A DNA stretch of 64,000 bases, taken from an uncultured Lachnospiraceae bacterium. GTDB taxonomy: Bacteria; Bacillota; Clostridia; Lachnospirales; Lachnospiraceae. Shown here in pieces: positions 56,875-64,000 of this stretch. A model generated the notes under the pieces. The model had not been told where the DNA came from, searched no databases, and saw only the letters and a list, made by a program, of their open reading frames with translations. The DNA is taken from the NCBI GenBank assembly GCA_947626945.1, contig CANQUC010000001.1, positions 33,365 to 97,364 of the forward strand, in the 5' to 3' direction. The translations under genes were made by a program, and so were the position numbers. Every line of letters starts with the position of its first letter. The first letter of the stretch is position 1.

Positions 56875-58401
56875 ATGAAGATCAACGTTTTACAATATTT
56901 AGAAGATTGTACAGAACGTTTTCCGCAAAAGCCGGCGCTGGCAGATGAAACCAATGTTCTTACATATGACCAATATATGACTTCCGCGAAAAAAATCGGA
57001 ACCTGTCTGGCAACGGGCCCGGGAAAGGGAAAAACGGGAAAGCCGGTTGTGGTTTTGATCGACAGAAATGTGCAGACGATAGTGGCCTGCATGGGCTGCG
57101 TATACAGCGGAAATTTTTATGTGCCGATGGATCCGTCCATGCCTGCAGAGCGCAGAGATCTGATGCTCAAATCACTGGATCCCATTGCCGTTCTGGATGC
57201 CGGAAACAAAGAAAGCGGCATAGAGGGAACCCTGAATGTCAGCCGGATCATCCGTGAAGGCGCTGTAGATGATGAACTGCTGTCCGCCATCAGGCAGAAC
57301 GCAATCGATACGGATCCGCTGTACGCAATGTTTACATCCGGTTCCACCGGTGTTCCCAAGGGCGTGCTGGTATCCCACAGATCCGTCATTGATCTGGTGG
57401 AGGCCTTTGACCAGGTGTTTGATTTTCATGAGAACACGGTTTTCGGAAATCAGGCGCCTTTTGATTTTGACGTTTCCGTAAAAGATATCTATAACGGCTT
57501 AAAATGCGGCGGGAGAGTAGAGATCATACCGAAAAAGCTGTTTTTAATGCCAAAGCTTCTGCTGAATCACCTGAAAGAGCGTCAGATCAATACGCTGATC
57601 TGGGCGGTGTCCGCAATGCGTATTGTGGCGGATTTCAAGACGATGGACACTGTAGAGCCGCCTAAACTGGAGTATGTGATGTTTTCCGGAGAAGTCATGC
57701 CGGTGAAATCACTGAATTACTGGATGACCCATATTCCGGAGGCGGTTTATGTGAATCTGTACGGACCTACAGAAATCACATGCAACTGCACCTATTTTAT
57801 TGTGTCTGAAAAATACCCTTCCGATGCGGTGCTGCCGGCGGGCAGGCCTTTCCCAAACAGCCGGGTTCTTCTCCTGGATAAAGAAGGACAGGTGATCACG
57901 AAAGACCATGTGACAGGCGAGATCTGCGTGGCAGGGGCAGGCGTGGCTCTGGGTTACTGGAATGAAAAGCAGAAGACGGCGGAGGCCTTTGTGCAAAATC
58001 CCACGGTATCCGCTTATGAAAGTCTTGTATATAAAACAGGAGATCTGGCTTTTTACGATGAGACGGGAAACCTGATCTTTGTTTCCAGAAAAGATCATCA
58101 GGTGAAGCATATGGGTCATCGCATTGAGCTGGGAGAGATTGAAGCCGCCATAAATGCCATAAAGTTTCTGGACGTAGGCTGCTGCATTTACAGTGAGAAA
58201 CAAGAAAAGATCTTCTGCTATTACCAGGCAAAAGAGCCCTGTACCAAGGAAATCGTAAAAGAGCTGGAAAAAAAGCTGCCAAAGTATATGTGGCCCAACC
58301 GTTATGTCTGGATGGAAAAGCTGCCTTTGAATCAACATGGAAAAATTGACAGAGTGCTGCTGAAGCGGGAAAACGAAGCTTCGGGAAATCAAAAGGAATA
58401 A
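56875..58401 (+). CDS. DltA-like adenylation enzyme (carrier-protein ligase)
   Basis: 'MFTSGSTGVPKGV' (A3), 'YGPTE', 'YKTGDL' (A8), 'GRKDHQVKHMGHRIELGEIE', 'PLNQHGKIDR' (A10 Lys). ~500 aa stand-alone A domain. Confidence 0.85.
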   Translation: MKINVLQYLEDCTERFPQKPALADETNVLTYDQYMTSAKKIGTCLATGPGKGKTGKPVVVLIDRNVQTIVACMGCVYSGNFYVPMDPSMPAERRDLMLKSLDPIAVLDAGNKESGIEGTLNVSRIIREGAVDDELLSAIRQNAIDTDPLYAMFTSGSTGVPKGVLVSHRSVIDLVEAFDQVFDFHENTVFGNQAPFDFDVSVKDIYNGLKCGGRVEIIPKKLFLMPKLLLNHLKERQINTLIWAVSAMRIVADFKTMDTVEPPKLEYVMFSGEVMPVKSLNYWMTHIPEAVYVNLYGPTEITCNCTYFIVSEKYPSDAVLPAGRPFPNSRVLLLDKEGQVITKDHVTGEICVAGAGVALGYWNEKQKTAEAFVQNPTVSAYESLVYKTGDLAFYDETGNLIFVSRKDHQVKHMGHRIELGEIEAAINAIKFLDVGCCIYSEKQEKIFCYYQAKEPCTKEIVKELEKKLPKYMWPNRYVWMEKLPLNQHGKIDRVLLKRENEASGNQKE

Positions 58402-58417
58402 AAAAGGAGAATGACAA

Positions 58418-58651
58418 ATGAAAGAACAGATCATCAGTATATTGGAAGAGATCAGAGCGGACGTGGATTTTGAACGGGAAGGACAAAAGCTGATTGACGA
58501 TGGGATTCTGGATTCCTTCGATATCATTTCCATTGTCAGCGAGTTCAACGATGCGTTTCAGGTAGAGATCTCGGTAGAGGATCTGCTGCCGGAAAACTTT
58601 AACACGCCGGAGGCAATGGAAACGCTCATCAAAAAACTGCAGCAGGAGTAA
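58418..58651 (+). CDS. DltC-like acyl/aminoacyl carrier protein
   Basis: 77 aa. 'GILDSFDIISIV' contains the phosphopantetheine Ser (DS motif). Confidence 0.8.
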   Translation: MKEQIISILEEIRADVDFEREGQKLIDDGILDSFDIISIVSEFNDAFQVEISVEDLLPENFNTPEAMETLIKKLQQE

Positions 58652-58663
58652 GGAGAGAAACAG

Positions 58664-60262
58664 ATGGCAGTGATATCTGGTGTGTTCATGCTGTTTGTGG
58701 CAGTAACGGCTCTGCTCTATTTTCTTGTAAAAAAAGAGTGGAGATGGGTTGTGCTGCTGATTGCCAGCTATGTGTTCTTCTGGATGAACAGCAAGTGGCT
58801 TCTGTTTATTATGGCAGGCAGTTCCCTGTTCACATATTTCATAGGCCGCTGTATTCACAAGAATACAAGGACGGCCGCGTGGATCCTGAAAGAAAATGCG
58901 GCAGTTTTGCTGCCGGCAGACAAAAAATCCATTAAGGCGGAAAAGAAAAGCAAAAATAAAAAATTTCTGCTGCTGGGCCTGTTTGTCAATTTCGGGATCC
59001 TGTTGTTTTTAAAGTATTATAATTTCTTTGGCGGGAACTTTAATCATCTGATGCAGCTGCTGGGGATAGAAGCCAGAGCCCGAAGCCTGGATCTGCTTTT
59101 GCCCCTTGGCATCTCATTTTATACGCTGCAGGCGGCTGCGTATCTGATCGACCTGTACAGGGAGAAGTATGCGGCGGAAAAAAGCCCTTTCCGGTTCCTG
59201 CTTTTTATGTCCTATTTTCCTCTGATCACTCAGGGGCCTATTTCCCGGTATGATCAGCTGGCAAAGCAGCTGTACCGGGGACATGAGTTTTCCTATGAGC
59301 GCATGACCCGGGGAATGCAGCTGATCCTGTGGGGCCTGATGAAAAAGCTGATCATTGCGGACAGGATCGCCATTCCAGTAAATCTTATTTTTGATCACAG
59401 CAGCACTTACGGCGGAGTTCTGCTGCTTTTTGCCGCCATGGGATACGGTATTCAGGTATATACGGATTTTTCCGGCGGCATGGACATTGTGCGGGGCGTT
59501 TCCAGAATATTTGGAATAGAGCTTGCGGAGAATTTCCGCCAGCCTTATTTTTCCCGGTCCATTGAGGAATTCTGGCGCAGATGGCATATTACCCTGGGCG
59601 CCTGGATGAAGGATTATGTGTTTTATCCCCTTTCCCTGTCCAGATTCTCAAAAAAGATCGGAAAGGTATCCAGAAAACTTTTTGGCAGCCAGACAGGAAA
59701 GAAAATCCCCACCTTTCTGGCTATGTTTGTGGTGTATTTTTTCGTGGGATTCTGGCATGGAGCCCAGTGGAAATATATTGTCTACGGCCTGTGGAACGGC
59801 GTTTTCATCATGTCGGGCATTTTGCTGGAAGGACGGTATGTCTGGCTGTGTAAAAAGCTGAGGATTAACACAGAGACTTTCAGCTGGCGGCTGTTTCAGA
59901 TTGCCAGAACGTTTCTGATCTGTTCCGTGGGAAGACTCTTTTCCCGGGGAGAAAACCTGAAAACGGCTTTTTCCATGATCAAGGGCATGGTCTGGACCTC
60001 CGGCAGAAGCTCTTTTGCAAATGCGGTTAAGGGCGGACTGGGACTTACCCCGGCAAACTGGATTTTGCTGCTGCTTATGCTGCTCCTGCTTGTTGCCGTG
60101 GATATGATCCATGAAAAGGGAATCAGTATCAGCGGCTTTTTGGGAAAACAGAATCTGATCTTCCGCTGGGTAGTTTATTATCTGGCGATACTTTCTTTGC
60201 TGATCTTTGGAATATACGGAAATATACAGGGCGGTACCGGCTTTATTTATCAGCAATTCTGA
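58664..60262 (+). CDS. MBOAT-family membrane O-acyltransferase (DltB/AlgI-like)
   Basis: Polytopic. 'ISFYTLQ', 'EFWRRWHITLGAWMKDYVFYPL' with the invariant MBOAT His. Confidence 0.85.
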   Translation: MAVISGVFMLFVAVTALLYFLVKKEWRWVVLLIASYVFFWMNSKWLLFIMAGSSLFTYFIGRCIHKNTRTAAWILKENAAVLLPADKKSIKAEKKSKNKKFLLLGLFVNFGILLFLKYYNFFGGNFNHLMQLLGIEARARSLDLLLPLGISFYTLQAAAYLIDLYREKYAAEKSPFRFLLFMSYFPLITQGPISRYDQLAKQLYRGHEFSYERMTRGMQLILWGLMKKLIIADRIAIPVNLIFDHSSTYGGVLLLFAAMGYGIQVYTDFSGGMDIVRGVSRIFGIELAENFRQPYFSRSIEEFWRRWHITLGAWMKDYVFYPLSLSRFSKKIGKVSRKLFGSQTGKKIPTFLAMFVVYFFVGFWHGAQWKYIVYGLWNGVFIMSGILLEGRYVWLCKKLRINTETFSWRLFQIARTFLICSVGRLFSRGENLKTAFSMIKGMVWTSGRSSFANAVKGGLGLTPANWILLLLMLLLLVAVDMIHEKGISISGFLGKQNLIFRWVVYYLAILSLLIFGIYGNIQGGTGFIYQQF

Positions 60263-60293
60263 GAGGCAGGGCGTTGCGGTGGAAAAATGGAAG

Positions 60294-61118
60294 ATGGTGC
60301 GGTCGTTTCAGGAATATAAAGAGCTTCTTGGAAAATGGAGAGAACTTTACGACCATAATAACGGTCTTTATCCGTCGGAAATTCAGAGCTATATTAAAAA
60401 GGAAAAATGTTTTTACCGGCAGTTTCACTGGGGGATCCTGCTGCTTTTTGATGAAGATGCCTATTATCAGGGCGCGGTTTACCTGAAAAAGAACTGGCAG
60501 GGAAGCCTGGACGGAGAGCGGCTGTCAGTCCCCGGGGACGTTCTCTGCAACCTGGTTGGAAAAGAGGAGGACGAAAACCGGCAAAGGCTTGGAAAGCACC
60601 TTTTGTCCATGGGATTTTCCTGCATATTGCGCAACCGGGAATACAGAATCGCGCCGCGAACAGGAGAACCGCTTTCACAGCAGGACAGCCGGGGAATCCG
60701 GATCTGCCGCGGACAGCCGGAGCATCTGCGGGAAATCATCCGGCTCTGGAAACGGAGCCTGCCCAGGTATGTGCTGGGAAATATAGACGAAGAACAGTGT
60801 CAGGCAATCTTAATGAACGGCCGTCTTCTTGTGGCGCTGACAGAACAGAATGAAATCTGCGGCGCCAGCTATTACGACCTGATTCTGGGCCAGAGCACAG
60901 AACATCATGTTACTGTGGACGAGCAGTACCGGGGCCGCGGAATTGGAAAGCTGCTTGTGGAAGGATGGCTTAGGGCAGCGGGAGAAGAAGGGGCATCCGG
61001 CTGCTGCTGTTGGGTTGAGGAAAAGAATCAGGCTTCTGTCCGGCTTCACGGGTATTTTGGCGCGGAGCCTACGGGAAAAGTTTCAGAACAGTTTTTGCTC
61101 AGAAAAGAAGGAGAATAG
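60294..61118 (+). CDS. GNAT-family N-acetyltransferase domain protein
   Basis: C-terminal 'VTVDEQYRGRGIGKLLVEGWL' (motif A, Q/RxxGxG/A). The N-terminal ~150 aa have no recognisable motif. Confidence 0.6.
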   Translation: MVRSFQEYKELLGKWRELYDHNNGLYPSEIQSYIKKEKCFYRQFHWGILLLFDEDAYYQGAVYLKKNWQGSLDGERLSVPGDVLCNLVGKEEDENRQRLGKHLLSMGFSCILRNREYRIAPRTGEPLSQQDSRGIRICRGQPEHLREIIRLWKRSLPRYVLGNIDEEQCQAILMNGRLLVALTEQNEICGASYYDLILGQSTEHHVTVDEQYRGRGIGKLLVEGWLRAAGEEGASGCCCWVEEKNQASVRLHGYFGAEPTGKVSEQFLLRKEGE

Positions 61119-61125
61119 GAATCTC

Positions 61126-62709
61126 ATGGAGAATGAGAACAAAAGAGCCATGAAGAATCGGATTAAAAACCTGATGAAAGCAGTGGTATTTACTGTGATC
61201 GGGGGTATTTTGCTGTACAATGCCGGGCAGGTGCTGGGCCGCGTGGACGGAACTTATATGTGTAAAACAGGGTCTCAGTATGTGCAGAAGCACAAAAATG
61301 ATTATGACGTGCTGTTTCTGGGGACAAGCGTTGCCGCCACCAACGTAAGCAATCAGGAGCTTTTTGAAAGGTACGGCATTGCCGGCGTCTCCATCGGAGG
61401 GCCGGTGCAGCCTATTTATCAGACCTATTATCTTTTGAAGGACGCTCTGCGTTTTCAGGATCCGAAAGTGGTTTTCTATGTGCCCAACAGCCTGTTTCAG
61501 ACAGAAGAGTATATCAAATATCATATGGGGCTGTCTGCGGATACCTTTATTCACTATACGGCGGATTCCATTGCAAGTCCCGGGATCAAATATGAAATGC
61601 TGAAGACCACGAAAACCTATCTCCCGGACATCGACATGAAAGAATACTTTTCAAAGATTTATCACAACCATGGAAAATGGGAGTCTGTCACACCGGATCT
61701 GCTGCTGGGAAAAGTGGAAGAAGACTATATCAACGGAAACATGGCCCTTTACACAACCGCGGAGGGATACGCGGGGCCGGAGGAGATTACGGATTACAGC
61801 GTTTATCAGCCGGCGGACATAGAGGAAGACAATATGGAGTTTCTGGATAAGATGATACGTCTGTGCGAAGAAAACAACACGGATTTTGTGCTGGTCAATA
61901 TGTGCGCCTATTTTACCCCTGAGGAGATACGCAGGCTGGAGCTTCTGTCGGAAGAATACCAGGTGCCTTTCCTGAATATCTCAGAAAAGGAGATCGGATT
62001 TTCCAGAAGTTATGATATGAATGACGGAGTCCACTATAACCTGTCAGGGGCGATAAAGGTTACCGGCTATATCGGGGACTGGCTGACGGATCATTATCAG
62101 CTCACAGATCACCGGGGACAAAAGGAATACGATTTTCTCCAGCGGCAGTCAGAGGTCTTTGGCCAGCAAAAGGATGCCATGGAGATGAAAGTCTCATTAT
62201 TGCAATCTGTCAGCCTCAGCGAATATCTTTACAGGCTGTCCCGGGCAGACTTAAAAGATTTTGCCGTTCTTGTGTCGGTTTGCGGAGAGGTCAACGGGTT
62301 TGGAGAGCAGATCCGAAGCAGTATGGAAGATCTGGGACTGGAACAGCTTGCCGGCCTGCAGCCGGGAGACAACTATTGCGCTCTCATTTGCGGACAGCAG
62401 GTGCAGGAGATGGCCCAAAAAGAAGAATGCCAGATTCAGGACAATGTAAACGGACACAGTTATCTGGTAAAGAGCGGGGGAACAGAGGATCAGGACCAGT
62501 GTTCCGCAAAAATAGACGGAAAGGAATTTTTGCAGAAAGGGAACGGGATCAATTTTGTGATCTATCATATTCCCACAGGAGTGCTGGCCAGCAGCGTGTA
62601 TTTTGATATGGGAACGCAGGAGAATCCGCCCCAGTCAAGAATTGTGCAGGAAAATGCGGAAAGCAGGCAGGCGGAAACGGACGCCAATATCTGGCAGGAG
62701 TTTCTGTAA
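61126..62709 (+). CDS. Membrane-anchored extracytoplasmic SGNH/DltD-like protein
   Basis: ATG 61126 after AGAAGGAG. N-terminal TM 'AVVFTVIGGILLY'. 'VLFLGTSVA' (block I-like Ser) and 'NDGVHYN' (block V DxxH). Confidence 0.6.
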   Translation: MENENKRAMKNRIKNLMKAVVFTVIGGILLYNAGQVLGRVDGTYMCKTGSQYVQKHKNDYDVLFLGTSVAATNVSNQELFERYGIAGVSIGGPVQPIYQTYYLLKDALRFQDPKVVFYVPNSLFQTEEYIKYHMGLSADTFIHYTADSIASPGIKYEMLKTTKTYLPDIDMKEYFSKIYHNHGKWESVTPDLLLGKVEEDYINGNMALYTTAEGYAGPEEITDYSVYQPADIEEDNMEFLDKMIRLCEENNTDFVLVNMCAYFTPEEIRRLELLSEEYQVPFLNISEKEIGFSRSYDMNDGVHYNLSGAIKVTGYIGDWLTDHYQLTDHRGQKEYDFLQRQSEVFGQQKDAMEMKVSLLQSVSLSEYLYRLSRADLKDFAVLVSVCGEVNGFGEQIRSSMEDLGLEQLAGLQPGDNYCALICGQQVQEMAQKEECQIQDNVNGHSYLVKSGGTEDQDQCSAKIDGKEFLQKGNGINFVIYHIPTGVLASSVYFDMGTQENPPQSRIVQENAESRQAETDANIWQEFL

Positions 62710-62917
62710 AAGCCAAAACCGTGACAGGCAGTTTTTTTGCCAGACGGTGCCGTCCGGTGAAAGGATGCCAAAGAGGGCAGTGAAAAGGAAAACGGTCCGG
62801 TTGAGAAGATTGGAAGCTTTTTCAGAAAGCGCTGGACGATTGTTCCTTTTTGCAGTATGATATTTCTATGAAAAAGCAATATGGATATCAGAAATCATTT
62901 TGAAGGAGGTACCAATT

Positions 62918-63076
62918 ATGAAATATGTATGTGGAGTATGCGGCTGGGAGTATGACGAGGAAGCCGGCTATCCCGAAGGAGGCATCGCGCCCGGTACAAA
63001 GTGGGAGGATGTTCCCGAAGATTTTGAGTGCCCGGTATGTTCTGTGGGCAAATCCGAATTTTCTGCCGGGGAATAA
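62918..63076 (+). CDS. Rubredoxin
   Basis: Not in the ORF track (52 aa). MKYVCGVCGWEYDEEAGYPEGGIAPGTKWEDVPEDFECPVCSVGKSEFSAGE, with CxxCG...CPxC. GAAGGAGG RBS 8 nt upstream. Confidence 0.92.
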   Translation: MKYVCGVCGWEYDEEAGYPEGGIAPGTKWEDVPEDFECPVCSVGKSEFSAGE

Positions 63077-63104
63077 TCCGGCCGGGAAATGAACGGAACA
63101 GACG

Positions 63105-63173
63105 CCGCAGAGCAGAGCCTGCCGATTCAGCCTGTCAGGACGCAGGCAAAGGGGCTTTGCTCTGCGGTTTTTT
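63105..63173 (+). terminator. Rho-independent terminator (extended hairpin)
   Basis: ccgcagagca (63105-63114) / tgctctgcgg (63158-63167) with an inner gcctgc/gcaggc stem, followed by T6. Confidence 0.65.
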
Positions 63174-63233
63174 GCGGTATTTGTTATTAGCTGAATTAAA
63201 AAGGAATATCTGGGATAAATTGGCGGTTGCCTA

Positions 63234-63262
63234 TTGCTATTTTGTTCGTAAAGTGTTATAAT
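63234..63262 (+). promoter_or_regulatory. Sigma-A promoter (consensus extended -10) for the alcohol dehydrogenase gene
   Basis: TTGCTA (63234-63239), 17-nt spacer, TGtTATAAT (-10 at 63257-63262). Confidence 0.55.
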
Positions 63263-63310
63263 ATCATTGACAAATAATTAACAATATTTCAATATCAAGG
63301 AGGAGAGAAA

Positions 63311-64000
63311 TATGGGCAGATTTACCTTACCCAGAGACGTATACCATGGCAAAGGCTCTCTGGAGGAACTGAAAAATCTGAAAGGAAAGAAAGCCATCCT
63401 TGTGGTGGGCGGCGGTTCCATGAAGCGTCAGGGATTTCTTGACAAGGCTGTAAACTACCTGAAAGAAGCAGGTATGGAAGTGGAACTGTTTGAAGGCGTT
63501 GAGCCGGATCCCTCTGTTGAGACGGTCATGAAAGGCGCGGAGGCAATGAGAAAGTTTGAGCCGGACTGGATCGTATCCATGGGCGGCGGTTCTCCCATTG
63601 ACGCCGCAAAGGCAATGTGGGCGTTTTATGAGTATCCCGACACCACCTTTGAGGATCTGTGTGTTCCTTTCAATTTCCCGGAACTGCGTACAAAGGCAAA
63701 ATTCGCAGCCATCCCTACCACTTCCGGTACCGCTACCGAAGTGACCGCGTTCTCTGTAATCACAGATTACGCAAAGGGCGTAAAGTATCCTCTGGCTGAT
63801 TTCAATATCACGCCGGATGTGGCAATCGTAGATCCCGACCTGGTAGCAGGCCTTCCCGTTAAGCAGGTGGCTTATACAGGTATGGACGCCCTGACCCACG
63901 CCATTGAGGCATATGTTTCCACATTGAACGGACCGTTTACCGATCCTCTGGCTCTGCAGGCGATTGAGATGGTTCTGGATTATCTTCCCGCGTCCTACAA
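63311..64000 (+). CDS. Iron-containing (group III) alcohol dehydrogenase, 3' end beyond window
   Basis: Open frame from ATG 63311 (AAGGAGGAG RBS) to the window end. 'ILVVGGGS', 'GGGSPIDAAKA', 'IPTTSGTATEVT', 'GMDALTHAIEAY'. Confidence 0.88.

Overview
This is a chromosomal segment of roughly 55% GC from a Gram-positive anaerobe (Clostridia; Lachnospiraceae or Oscillospiraceae-like). That placement rests on the ribosomal and ATP-synthase proteins, the dockerins and frequent TTG/GTG starts. It is densely coding and mostly on the + strand. I recognised no rRNA, tRNA, CRISPR array, transposase or integrase.

Gene content, in order:
- 5'-truncated DUF853 NTPase.
- Sensor c-di-GMP phosphodiesterase, followed directly by a dockerin-bearing PL1 pectate lyase.
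- Conserved rpmG-secE-nusG-rplKAJL block, which is not followed by rpoBC.
- A second dockerin protein that shares a large non-catalytic module with the pectate lyase.
- Two tandem membrane-anchored surface proteins.
- A DhuD/DhuI-like uronate pair, then udp, a PHP phosphatase and yerC.
- pcrA and rlmD.
- An AT-rich islet encoding a Schlafen/AlbA_2 ATPase.
- A serine hydrolase, then a LysR regulator divergent from hydrolase and flavin-reductase genes.
- A tightly packed 14-gene operon at 29.2-43.2 kb (described below).
- On the minus strand: beta-carbonic anhydrase, a PurF-like gene and an ABC exporter.
- degV.
- An F1Fo ATP synthase operon with two oddities: a c subunit carrying a signal peptide, and a delta-CTD::alpha fusion with no free atpH.
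- A split chrA and a threonine aldolase.
- A dlt-like adenylase/carrier/MBOAT cluster with an extra GNAT and a large SGNH-like ectoprotein.
- Rubredoxin and a 3'-truncated iron-containing alcohol dehydrogenase.

The most interesting candidate is the 14-gene operon. It joins an LDH-like malate dehydrogenase, HdrBCA-MvhD, an Flx-like NAD(P)H module, a soluble fumarate-reductase-like pair, an AAE-family transporter, class I fumarase and an [FeFe]-hydrogenase. I interpret it as a possible Hdr/Flx-type, flavin-based electron-bifurcating fumarate-reducing system.

Second is a structured repeat of about 100-135 nt, present three times, that sits directly on the start codons of two unrelated genes.

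All functional calls come from reading the translated ORFs and recognising motifs. No database search was run.
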